A stretch of 64,000 bases of DNA from a virus. Positions 46,090-54,773 of this stretch are shown here, piece by piece. The DNA is taken from the IMG/VR virus record IMGVR_UViG_3300036795_000108, positions 23,222-87,221 of that record, one strand, 5' to 3'. A program made the translations under genes and the position numbers. Under the pieces are notes generated by a model that saw nothing but the letters and a program-made list of their open reading frames with translations, ran no database searches and had not been told where the DNA came from. Numbering within the stretch: position 1 is the stretch's first letter; every line of letters starts with the position of its first letter.

Positions 46090-49000
46090 CTAGGAGAGCG
46101 CCGAGGCCAACTCGGCCGTAGCAGCATCATCCACCGGCGCCTCGGCGCGAACCGCCGTCCGCGAGCACTGGGGATGCTGGATCGGATTCTCGCGATATTC
46201 GCTAAGAGCCCAGACCTGACCGTTGGCCTCTCTACAATTGTGCACGATGATTCCTTCTGCGAGGTACCACCGTTGCCGCGTGGCAAGATTGTAGGTACGC
46301 CCAATAAACGCACGCTTGCGCACCTGGAAGACATTCTGCGCATGCATGAGACGGGCCATTCGATCCGCCAGATCGCTGAGCACACGGGTCTCAGTCGAGT
46401 CACCATCAGCAACCGCCTCGTCCTCGCGGGACGAGACACGCGCCATCCCCGCTCTGTTCGTGAGGAGGCCCGGGCGATCGACCTCTACCTTGACGGCGCC
46501 TCCGCCAGTGAGGTCGCCACCACCCTTGAGGTCGGCAGAGATGCCGTGGAGAACCTCATGCGACGGAAGGGTGTTCTCCGTAGCCCGAAGCAGGCCGGTA
46601 TTGTCTCCGCTGCGCGTAGCACCCCCGAGCGTCGTCTCGCTCGCGTCAGGGCCGCCCAGCATGCTTGGCGTGGTTCCCGCCAGACAGACGCCGCCCTGGC
46701 CGCCAGCGCCCGCGGACGCGAGCGGCTTGGTACGCATGGCAGCGAGCAGGAGAGCCTTCTCGCAAAGCTGTGCTACCAGCGCGGGCTCGACCTTCGCCCC
46801 CAAGTCGCCGCAGGTCGCTACAACGTGGACCTCGCTACCGACTCCATCGCCGTGGAAGTCGCCAGTACGAGTCGCCTTGCATACGAGCCCGCCCGAAGCC
46901 GCAACCTCCGCAAGATTCACTATCTCCTCGATAGCGGTTGGCACGTCATGGTCGTCTGGACGGTCTGGACTACCGGCCCGAAGACCCGCCAGCCCGTGAG
47001 CATCGCGGCAGCCGACCAGGTCGTCGCCTTCGACGAGTTCGCTCGCTCGCACCCATCCTCGCCGCGTGAGTATCGGGTGGTTTGGAGTGCAGGTGATCTC
47101 ATTGCCGTCCGACGTGGCGACTTCGACGACCTCCCCTTCGTACCACCGGGAGTAAGTCGCTCGAAGCTCCGGCGCAACAACTAGCGTCGAGCCAACGAAG
47201 CACGCCTCGTCGGACTCGGTCCCGTCGAGGATCTGCACGTGCGTCGCCCCGAGTCGCTCCAACGAATCCGTCTGCGCGCCGTTGAACGCCAGCGCCGACT
47301 CTGTGCGCGCAATCACCTCAGCGCGAGCTGCGTCGGCCTGGTCGAACACCCCCATGATCCCCGGGTAGCCCTCATCCGGGTAGCCGTTCGCGATCTGAGG
47401 GATGCTGTAGGAGCGCCTCAGGCCCTCCACGACCACATCGTCGATCGCCTGGCGAGTCGTATCGTTGACCCGGGTGACGAGCCCCGAAAGATGCTTGGCG
47501 ACCGCATCGGCGACGCTGCCCATCTCCTCCGACGTGAAGTCCGCGTTGATCGCCGCGTCGACGCCCTGCGCTGACTGGTACGCCGCCTCGCGCGCCGTTG
47601 GCTGATAGACGCCCTTCAGCGCGTCGTTCTCCTCGCCGGCGGGGAACAGATCCTTGATCGTCAGGTCATCCTTCTTCTTCTTCGGGGAGTGACGCAGCCG
47701 GGCCGCCCGGCCATTGACGTCCCCGAAGTCGCTCAGGCGGTCGATGACGCGGCCGCGCTGCTCCCGGAAGAACGAGCGGAACATCGGCTCGTACAGGTCG
47801 ACCGCCTGGCGCAGCGACACCGCCTGGGTGTCGCGCATCGACTGATGCTCGACCGGCATGTCGGCGGTCTTCAGGATCGGCTCAAAACCGCGTGGCAGCG
47901 CTGGCGGCTGCCACTCCTTCCGGGCCAGCGCCCGCGGGCTCGCCCACACCCGCGCCAGCCCCACAGCCGCATGCTTCAAACCCGGTCGGGTCGGCTCAAC
48001 CGGGGTCAACGAAACCGCCTTGCCGTCCGCTGGATCCGACGGCTCGTCATCCGAGCCGCCCCCATCACCACCATTCGCTCTCGCGAGCGCCCGCAACGCC
48101 GCGACGACCTCCAGCTGGGACTTACCCGACGCCGCAGCGATCGCGGCCGGCAGACCCGCGAGATGTTCTTCGAGCGTCGGCGTCCTGCCCGTGTTCGGAT
48201 CCGGTCCCGGCGGCAGAGCCCCAGTCCCGGTCGAACCGATCGGCGCCGCGCCACGCTCGGGGTTCGCGTCCATCGGCATCGATGTCGCCGGCCGCGGAGG
48301 CTGCCCCGCGATCTCGATCGGGATCAGGTTGTTCGGGATCAAGATCGTGTCCTGCTGGTCATAGCCGCGATCCCCGGGCTGCAACGGCGCGAGGCTCATC
48401 GCTTTGCGCGACTCGCGCATACTCGCACCCGCCCCCAGCATGTCCTTCGCATAGCCGATCCGGACCGACATCGGCTCGTTCGCCTCAGGCTCCTGGCGGA
48501 ACACCACGTCCCACAAGCTCGCCAAGCCGAGCGTCAGTCGCTCCGACGTCCGGCGGGCGCGCGGGATCATCGCCCGCAGAAAGATGACCTGGGCGTCCTC
48601 CATCTTGTAGTTCGCGTTCTCCATCAAGCCGCCCAGCATCGGCGCGGGAACCCCCCACGCCGCGAGCGTCTCATCCTTCGTGACGCCCATCAGATCCACG
48701 ACGCCCGCCGCGGCCGGCCCCTGCGTGATCGGCTTGTAATCCGTCGAACCGCCAGCGCCCGCCTCCGCGATCAGCATCTTGTACGCCGCGGAATCCCCCG
48801 CGAACTGCGACTCGTAGGTGGCCTTGAGCCGCTCGAACTGGATGTCGGACATCGTGCCCGAGATCGTCAAGACCCCCGAGATCCGCGCGCCGTTCTGAAA
48901 GAACCCCGTGATATGGCCGCCCTGCGCGACCGCGCGATCCGCGACCGACGCGATCGCCTCGACCGTCCCCATCCCGTAGTTCGGGTCCATCGGATTGGGA

Positions 49001-49638
49001 TACTTGAAGTGGATCACCTCATCCGCGTCATACGGGATCTGCAAGCCGTTCGGCATCGAGTAGACGTAGCCGCTGACCGTCCCGTCCGGGGTCAACGCGA
49101 TCTGCACCCGCTCCGGACGCAGCCGAAACAGCGACTTGGGCTGACCGATCCCGTTGCGCTCATTCTTGAGCAGGTAGTGGTTGCCGACCATCTCCAGGTC
49201 GGTCAGGATCGCCTCGATCATGTCGAAGTACGTCCACCGCGGGTTGGGCTGGTGAAGCAGCGACACGAGATCCGCGGGCGGGGCTTCGATCACCTCGCCC
49301 GTGTCGTTTACCAGCGCCCACGGGTACGCCGCAGCGGTGCTCGCGACAAGTGAGACGCACTGAAAGATCCAGGATGGCGACTGCTCCGTGCCGCCGTAGG
49401 CGCTCAGCAGCTTCGCGAGCCGCGCCGGCCCTGTGCGATACCCCGTCGCGAAGCTGTTCTCATACGACAGGAAGCCGCCTGAGAGCCCGCCTGCGGCCGG
49501 TGTGGGGGCTCCGATGCCCTTGCGGAACATCTCCATCATCTCCGGCCCGTCCAGCGTCTTGAGCGGCACGTGGCTGGGGTAGGAGCCATCCGCGCGCGGC
49601 TCGACCTGCCGACCCCGGATGCGAGACAGCCGCGCCAC
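46090..49638 (-). CDS. portal protein fused to MuF (SPP1 gp7-like) minor head protein, containing an intein
   Basis: Portal: PNP..T..D, LEMVGN, LRPERV, EVIHFK.PNP..PNYG, FFQNGARISG. MuF: RVNDTTR, RAEVIARTES..AFN, HPQCSR. Confidence 0.92.
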   Translation of the reverse strand: MARLSRIRGRQVEPRADGSYPSHVPLKTLDGPEMMEMFRKGIGAPTPAAGGLSGGFLSYENSFATGYRTGPARLAKLLSAYGGTEQSPSWIFQCVSLVASTAAAYPWALVNDTGEVIEAPPADLVSLLHQPNPRWTYFDMIEAILTDLEMVGNHYLLKNERNGIGQPKSLFRLRPERVQIALTPDGTVSGYVYSMPNGLQIPYDADEVIHFKYPNPMDPNYGMGTVEAIASVADRAVAQGGHITGFFQNGARISGVLTISGTMSDIQFERLKATYESQFAGDSAAYKMLIAEAGAGGSTDYKPITQGPAAAGVVDLMGVTKDETLAAWGVPAPMLGGLMENANYKMEDAQVIFLRAMIPRARRTSERLTLGLASLWDVVFRQEPEANEPMSVRIGYAKDMLGAGASMRESRKAMSLAPLQPGDRGYDQQDTILIPNNLIPIEIAGQPPRPATSMPMDANPERGAAPIGSTGTGALPPGPDPNTGRTPTLEEHLAGLPAAIAAASGKSQLEVVAALRALARANGGDGGGSDDEPSDPADGKAVSLTPVEPTRPGLKHAAVGLARVWASPRALARKEWQPPALPRGFEPILKTADMPVEHQSMRDTQAVSLRQAVDLYEPMFRSFFREQRGRVIDRLSDFGDVNGRAARLRHSPKKKKDDLTIKDLFPAGEENDALKGVYQPTAREAAYQSAQGVDAAINADFTSEEMGSVADAVAKHLSGLVTRVNDTTRQAIDDVVVEGLRRSYSIPQIANGYPDEGYPGIMGVFDQADAARAEVIARTESALAFNGAQTDSLERLGATHVQILDGTESDEACFVGSTLVVAPELRATYSRWYEGEVVEVATSDGNEITCTPNHPILTRRGWVRASELVEGDDLVGCRDAHGLAGLRAGSPDRPDDHDVPTAIEEIVNLAEVAASGGLVCKATRTGDFHGDGVGSEVHVVATCGDLGAKVEPALVAQLCEKALLLAAMRTKPLASAGAGGQGGVCLAGTTPSMLGGPDASETTLGGATRSGDNTGLLRATENTLPSHEVLHGISADLKGGGDLTGGGAVKVEVDRPGLLTNRAGMARVSSREDEAVADGDSTETRVLSDLADRMARLMHAQNVFQVRKRAFIGRTYNLATRQRWYLAEGIIVHNCREANGQVWALSEYRENPIQHPQCSRTAVRAEAPVDDAATAELASALS
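46237..47202 (-). mobile_element. class-1 intein (322 aa) in the MuF domain
   Basis: DEA|CFVGSTLV (block A), TCTPNHPILTRRGW (block B), RTYNLAT..WYLAEGIIVHN|C (blocks F/G). Splicing restores ESDEACREANGQ. Confidence 0.92.
46297..47184 (+). CDS. antisense-nested HTH-HTH + Vsr/DUF559-like PD-(D/E)XK endonuclease (start uncertain: ACG at 46297 or ATG at 46342)
   Basis: HSIRQIAEHTGLSRVTISNRL and SASEVATTLEVGRDAVENLMRRKG (HTHs). E.LL..L...GLDLRPQVAAGRYNVDLA..SIAVEV...YLLDSGWHVMVVW (Vsr-like nuclease). Confidence 0.8.
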   Translation, partial: TPNKRTLAHLEDILRMHETGHSIRQIAEHTGLSRVTISNRLVLAGRDTRHPRSVREEARAIDLYLDGASASEVATTLEVGRDAVENLMRRKGVLRSPKQAGIVSAARSTPERRLARVRAAQHAWRGSRQTDAALAASARGRERLGTHGSEQESLLAKLCYQRGLDLRPQVAAGRYNVDLATDSIAVEVASTSRLAYEPARSRNLRKIHYLLDSGWHVMVVWTVWTTGPKTRQPVSIAAADQVVAFDEFARSHPSSPREYRVVWSAGDLIAVRRGDFDDLPFVPPGVSRSKLRRNN

Positions 49639-49808
49639 TAGACGCCCTTCGTCTCAAACCGTGTCGTGTGCGCCGGCGGTAGGCACCGGGCGTGCGCGGC
49701 ACCGTCGCGGAACGGACGGATCGGCTCGCTTGGCTTGATCGTCTGGTTGCAGATCAGGCAGCGACGACCGAGCAACCCGGAGACGTGCCCGATCAGACGG
49801 GAGAACAC
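49638..49808 (-). CDS. small Zn-finger protein (56 aa; not in ORF track)
   Basis: CLIC...HARC. TAGCTT-7nt-GTG leaderless start. Stop overlaps the portal GTG. Confidence 0.6.
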   Translation of the reverse strand: MFSRLIGHVSGLLGRRCLICNQTIKPSEPIRPFRDGAAHARCLPPAHTTRFETKGV

Positions 49809-49852
49809 CCGGTGAAAGCTACCGATCCGCGCAAGCGGACCCGCACCAACGC

Positions 49853-50092
49853 CTACCGGAAGTCGTCGCCGTCGATCCGCGACTCGCGCTGCGGCGGAAC
49901 CGGCAGCCTCCCAGCCGGCGCCGGAACGAGATCCTCAACGACTGCCTGCATCGCCGGGACGATCCGGATCTGATTACCGAGCACCCGCAACTCCACGCGC
50001 TGCAAACGCTCCTCGTTCTCCGCATCCGCGACATAGCCCGTAATCGGGACGCTGCCCTGCGCGTCCGCGAACAAGGTGCCGTGCAGTCTCAT
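49853..50092 (-). CDS. hypothetical protein
   Basis: ATGA-coupled, MRLHGTLF start. Confidence 0.5.
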   Translation of the reverse strand: MRLHGTLFADAQGSVPITGYVADAENEERLQRVELRVLGNQIRIVPAMQAVVEDLVPAPAGRLPVPPQRESRIDGDDFR

Positions 50093-50301
50093 GCGCTCAG
50101 CGTACCGGATGCGAGCTGGCTGAGTTGGAAGTCCGCGTAGCCCTGCAGCATCCCGATCGCGTAGATCGTCTGCTGCTCCAAGGGGGCATCCTCGGACAGG
50201 ATCCACGGCACATCGTTGATCCTCGCCAAACTCCGGGCCGTCGCGATGAGTTCGCCGGCGCCCTTCGCCGACATGCGCACGCTGATCTCCTCGGCGCTCA
50301 C
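50089..50301 (-). CDS. hypothetical protein
   Basis: Coupled ORF. Confidence 0.5.
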   Translation of the reverse strand: MSAEEISVRMSAKGAGELIATARSLARINDVPWILSEDAPLEQQTIYAIGMLQGYADFQLSQLASGTLSA

Positions 50302-50585
50302 GACTCCGGCACCGGAGCCTCGGGCGCGGTCTTGGGCTTCCCGTCCACGGCCGCCCGCGACTGGCGCGGCTTCGGCCTGCTCGGCGCCACCGCAGCGCTC
50401 AGAGTCGCGATCGCCTGCTGTAGCTCCTCGACGCTGACATCGAACACCGCCCGCGGGATCCGCTTGCGGCCACCCTGCTCGCCGCCCGGTAGATCGAACT
50501 CAAGTCTGCCGTCCTCATCCATCGCGACGGACGTGTGGATCTCAACCCCGTGGCGTCTCGCGGCGACCTGCGCGCTGAGCCTCAT
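50298..50585 (-). CDS. hypothetical protein
   Basis: Strong RBS gaggagggg. Downstream of promoter copy 4. Confidence 0.6.
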   Translation of the reverse strand: MRLSAQVAARRHGVEIHTSVAMDEDGRLEFDLPGGEQGGRKRIPRAVFDVSVEELQQAIATLSAAVAPSRPKPRQSRAAVDGKPKTAPEAPVPES

Positions 50586-50620
50586 TTGGTGCTCCCCTCC
50601 TCGTCAGATGTGATCTGCGG

Positions 50621-50629
50621 AGTATAACG
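50621..50629 (-). promoter_or_regulatory. CGTTATACT promoter motif, copy 4
   Basis: Repeated motif. Confidence 0.7.
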
Positions 50630-50654
50630 ACGCGACAGCGAAAACGCGGGCGTA

Positions 50655-50688
50655 GCCGATCAGGTTCAGGGTCGGGATGCCCAACGTG
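50655..50688. repeat. 34-bp direct repeat (32/34 identical) with 63063-63096
   Basis: gccgatcaggtt(c/g)agggtcgggatg(c/t)ccaacgtg. Confidence 0.85.
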
Positions 50689-50713
50689 CTTTGACTCAAA
50701 TTGGACGAAGCAG

Positions 50714-51253
50714 TCATCCGACCAGCGTCCCCTGTGCATCGAAGCGATCCCATGCATCACTCACGGCTCGCGACCCCGGAAATAGGTCCTCGAAGTCGTC
50801 GCCAATCCGAGCGCCGAGCCAACGGAACAGCCATGAACAGAACGCCGGGGGCTTGCTGCCGGTCACGTAGCCCTTGGGCTTCGAGCGAAAGGTGTACTGC
50901 TCGGGCGAACAGACGAGCGTGTCTCGTAGGTCGCTTGCGGGCGGACGAGCCCACTTCACGATCACTGGCTCCCAGCCGAAGACGCCGTGACCGCTCATCG
51001 GAGGCGCAATTGGCTTGTGCCACGATAAGACGCGCACCTCCGGCGGGCAGTAGCTGAGCACCTCTTGCAGAGCCCGGTTCGACGTGGACAGCGCCCAGCC
51101 GTCGAAGTGGCCGAGAGTATCGACTAGCTCAAGATGGTCGACCTCGCCGGCGTAGTCGGGATGCTCGCCGTAGTGGCGCTTCGCCTGGCCTGGGTAAGGC
51201 GGGTCGGCGTAGGCAAGCATCTTCCCCTCCTTGACGATCTCGGGGTCTGTCAT
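50714..51253 (-). CDS. compact amino (N6A/N4C) DNA methyltransferase
   Basis: YADPPY catalytic motif, KPP, DLFPGS SAM-binding motif (beta-class order). Confidence 0.75.
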   Translation of the reverse strand: MTDPEIVKEGKMLAYADPPYPGQAKRHYGEHPDYAGEVDHLELVDTLGHFDGWALSTSNRALQEVLSYCPPEVRVLSWHKPIAPPMSGHGVFGWEPVIVKWARPPASDLRDTLVCSPEQYTFRSKPKGYVTGSKPPAFCSWLFRWLGARIGDDFEDLFPGSRAVSDAWDRFDAQGTLVG

Positions 51254-51265
51254 CGAAATCTCCCC

Positions 51266-52132
51266 TCACCCTCCGTTTGTACGCTCGCTCTCCGGCGGGA
51301 TCAACGGCCAAAACCGCGCCTCGACCTGCCGGATCTCCTGCGCCCGCTCATACAACTCCGTCACGACACCATCATCCTCGACCGACTGGCGCTCCAGATA
51401 CTCCGCGTAGCTGACCGCCCGCGCGTTCGCCCAACCCCGCTGAGCAGCATGCAACGCCCGCCCATCAAACCGCACCCGCTCCCACTCCTCCCGCAGCCCG
51501 AGCGCATGACGACGCCGCGCCTCCGTATCGACCCTGCGGATCACACGCCCGCTCTCCGCCAAACGCCACGCCAACCGCGCAGCCGCCAGCGCATCCACCT
51601 CCGCGTCATGCGCGTCCTCCAGGTCGATCCCACGCCACGTCTTGCACGCCCCCGCGAGATTATGCCGGGCGACACTCGCCGGACGATACATGTCCAGGTG
51701 ACGGTCAATCACCAGCGGGTCGATCACCGGCGCCTTGACCTGCTGGAAGACCGCCAGCAGCTTCCCGTCCTCATGGCGCCGGCACTCGCGGTCCATGATC
51801 GTCAAGTCAAACCGGGCGTTGAAGACGACCAGCGCCCGAGAGAAATCCGTCAGGACCCCCACCAGCACCGTCAACAGGAATCCGAGCGCTGCGCCCGGCG
51901 CCATGCCCTCCTCCCGGGCCCGCTCGGTCGAGATGCCGTGAACGTCGGTGGCCTCCTTCGGGATCTCAACGCCCGGATCTACGATCAGCGACGTGACATC
52001 CGTCGGCTGGCCGCCCCCGGTGACCGCGACCGTCGCGGACACGATCCGGGCGACCTCCGGGTCCGTCGAGGTCGTTTCGAGGTCCAGGGAGACGATCTGG
52101 CGGTGATGCCAGCTCTCGATCACCGAGGTCAT
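51266..52132 (-). CDS. DnaQ-like DEDDh 3'-5' exonuclease
   Basis: SLDLETT, VHGIS, FNARFD, AHDAEVD motifs. Confidence 0.9.
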   Translation of the reverse strand: MTSVIESWHHRQIVSLDLETTSTDPEVARIVSATVAVTGGGQPTDVTSLIVDPGVEIPKEATDVHGISTERAREEGMAPGAALGFLLTVLVGVLTDFSRALVVFNARFDLTIMDRECRRHEDGKLLAVFQQVKAPVIDPLVIDRHLDMYRPASVARHNLAGACKTWRGIDLEDAHDAEVDALAAARLAWRLAESGRVIRRVDTEARRRHALGLREEWERVRFDGRALHAAQRGWANARAVSYAEYLERQSVEDDGVVTELYERAQEIRQVEARFWPLIPPESERTNGG

Positions 52133-52368
52133 TGCTCCTCGTCTCCCCAGTAGGTCTGCAGTCGGAAGTCGCCACCCGTCGTCGTGCAGTCTTCGCAGTA
52201 GACGATCTTGCCTCCCGTGCTGCCGTCGAGGGCGCTGTTGCCGCCAAAGATGTCCGCCAGCAAGCCGCCGATCACAGGATCGACCTTCCGGCCGAGATAG
52301 TCATCGGCTGACCCTTCGATGTACTGATCGCCGATCTTCAACTCGTGACGACAGCCCGCGCAGATCAT
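52129..52368 (-). CDS. small Zn-finger protein
   Basis: CAGC...YCEDC. Confidence 0.55.
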   Translation of the reverse strand: MICAGCRHELKIGDQYIEGSADDYLGRKVDPVIGGLLADIFGGNSALDGSTGGKIVYCEDCTTTGGDFRLQTYWGDEEQ

Positions 52369-53517
52369 GGTCGTTTCCCTATCCTGTGCAGCAGTTTTGG
52401 GTTTGCGTATGTAGTGGCCGTCTGCGTAGAAATCACAAGGAGGTCGCCTCGCCGACCCCTGCTTCATCGAAGCGCCTCGGCGATCAAACGCAGCTCCTTG
52501 CACGCCCAGAGCAGATCCGGCGCATCCTTCATCGCCGATGGCTTGTCGACATCGACGTTGAGCAGCGCGATTCGCTTTCGCACGGCCGCCACACGATCCG
52601 CCAGAGTCGAGCACTCGATTTGACGTACAAGCTGGACCTGTTCGCGGCTTACCTCGACGGGATCAACGACGTACGGGGAAGTCGCTCATGAGTCAGATCA
52701 TCCGGCGCAACGATTCCGGCCAGACGCCTGAAATCGTCGCGCGTCAACTGGGTGATCGTCTGGCCGTTCGCGGTGTTGACCAGCCTGATCGCTCTCTCGC
52801 TGACGCCTTGCTCGGAACGCGGCTGCTCGCTCATCCCGCACCGCCGTCCGCGTCCGCCAGTTTCCAGGTCATCCCGACATAGGCATGTTCGTCGCGCTCG
52901 ACCCTTCCTTCGCGTTCCAACGCGAGCAGCTCCACAGCGGCCTCTCCGAGCGAACACCGAGCAGCAGAGCTGAAGTGCTCAGTCGGGTGAGCGGCGTGCT
53001 CAGCAGCCGCGAAAATCCTGTCGCGCCGGCGACACCGACCGGCGCTCAATGCCTGCGTCATCCTGGGATCACCTCGGGCCAGTACATAGCGATGTCGACC
53101 TGATCGCGCTCGAAACGGTCGCCCGGCGCGGTCCGCTGTGGTTCGTCCCCGGCCAGCGCACAGAGGTCATTGACCGATGGGAGCGGATCGCGGTCGTCGG
53201 CCTCGGCCCACGCCTCGATGACGGTTTGCCTCATGAGCGCCCCCTCCTGGCAGCGATGCACTCCGGGCACGACACCGGATTCCGCGACTGCCCACCCGGA
53301 AGCGAAATGCCGCCGCCGCACGCAATCGGCGTCCACCACGCATCGTCGTCGTTCGGGACTAGTGGCAGGTGCCGAACGCCCTCACGATCAAGCAAGCTCC
53401 AGCGCCGGCGATAGCTCGCCGGATCAGAGCGGATCTCCTCATCGGTGCGCGCGCGGATAGACGTATATTTGCTCATGGTCGGTTCGCTCTCTGCGCGCTG
53501 ACATAGCCCGCGCACAT

Positions 53518-54048
53518 CTAGGCAACCTCGCCAGTATGGATGTCGGTTCCGAGTGCACCGTCGATGATCTGCAGCCAACCGTCCGAGTCGAGATGGCTCA
53601 AGATCGACGACGTATCCGTCATGGCCATATGCTCGGCCATCTCCCGCCGGCCGACGGCGGAATCCTCAAAGACCGGAGAGATCGGCGTGCCCTCACTGAC
53701 CGTCTGCCAAAGCTGAATGCCGTACGGGCACTCCTCGCTCTCGGGCGGCAGCGGATGACGCAGATAGAGAGCCGGATCCGGCGGGCCGCCGTCGTACTCC
53801 TCGAACGTGTACGGATCGCCGTCGCGCTCCTCAAGCCATTCCGGGCGCTCGCCGCGCTGCCACGCCTCACGATCATCCCACCACTCGCGGATCGCCTCGT
53901 CATAGGTTCTGAGATACAGCGGATGAAGCGAATCGTCAGATGGGCCTCGGGAAGCCCCGAAGCGCTCAGCCTGCTCCCGGCACGTCGGATGCTTGTAGTC
54001 AAGGGGGACGCGATAGACCTCCCGCCCGCTCGCCATGATCATCCTCAC
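53518..54048 (-). CDS. conserved phage hypothetical protein
   Basis: GREVYRVP..HP and QLWQTVSEGTPISPVF motifs. Confidence 0.65.
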   Translation of the reverse strand: MRMIMASGREVYRVPLDYKHPTCREQAERFGASRGPSDDSLHPLYLRTYDEAIREWWDDREAWQRGERPEWLEERDGDPYTFEEYDGGPPDPALYLRHPLPPESEECPYGIQLWQTVSEGTPISPVFEDSAVGRREMAEHMAMTDTSSILSHLDSDGWLQIIDGALGTDIHTGEVA

Positions 54049-54722
54049 GCTGGCACCAGACCCATCGCGCGGTCCACATACCGGTCAAGCTCCCGGACCG
54101 CCCGGACGCCCTCCTGCTCAGCCAGTTCCCGCAACGACGGCAACCCCGTCGACATCGAATGCAGGATCTCCTCCCGCGACGCCAGACGCCCCTCGGCCCA
54201 CCACGAGACGTGCAGCGGCTCTCCCATGTCGAACAGGACCCCGCGCCCGTCCGGCACCTCAAACGGCTTATAGCGCCCCTGCTTCGTCGTCCACACGACG
54301 ATCACGCCCGGGTTGCGTTTGATCGCGATCCCCGGCGCTTCCTCAACGACCGGCAGGCCAGCCTCGCGCCGACGCATATGCGGCCGGCTGAGGAACGGGC
54401 AGTTACGCGCCGACCATTCCGCACAGTCCCGGTGCGACGGCGGCTCAGCACTCGTCCGGTTGACCGCGCACATCGGCCCCGCGACGAATGAGACATGCGC
54501 GCCGAGCTTATCGCCGCACACCCAGCAGCGACGCTGGCGCAACGCGAGTGCGTAGCGGTCTTGGGACATGATCCGAAACTCGGGCTCACCGGACCCCATC
54601 GGGCACGCTCTCTCGTCCTGTATCCACTCCACGAACCACGGGACGGGATAGCCGCGGTGAACGGGCAGAGCCCGCATCCGTCGTGGTAGCTGCTCGAGTT
54701 CTGGGCGCATAGTCTCGATCAT
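54045..54722 (-). CDS. conserved Cys/His-rich hypothetical protein
   Basis: GYPVPWF, CWVCG, GPMC, EPPSHRDCA...CPFL motifs. Confidence 0.7.
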   Translation of the reverse strand: MIETMRPELEQLPRRMRALPVHRGYPVPWFVEWIQDERACPMGSGEPEFRIMSQDRYALALRQRRCWVCGDKLGAHVSFVAGPMCAVNRTSAEPPSHRDCAEWSARNCPFLSRPHMRRREAGLPVVEEAPGIAIKRNPGVIVVWTTKQGRYKPFEVPDGRGVLFDMGEPLHVSWWAEGRLASREEILHSMSTGLPSLRELAEQEGVRAVRELDRYVDRAMGLVPA

Positions 54723-54773
54723 CGCCTGCCTGCCTTTCCGTAGGACCCCGTCCGGGGCGGGTCGATCAGCCGG

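Noticed and set aside
45925-46296. N-terminal extension of the antisense nuclease ORF
   Set aside because: It is low-complexity antisense of the MuF C-terminus. Protein-like sequence starts at about 46297, inside the intein.
50640-50665. LIGYARV serine-resolvase N-terminal motif in the mini-ORF
   Set aside because: The catalytic Ser is absent and no further resolvase sequence follows, so it is likely coincidental.
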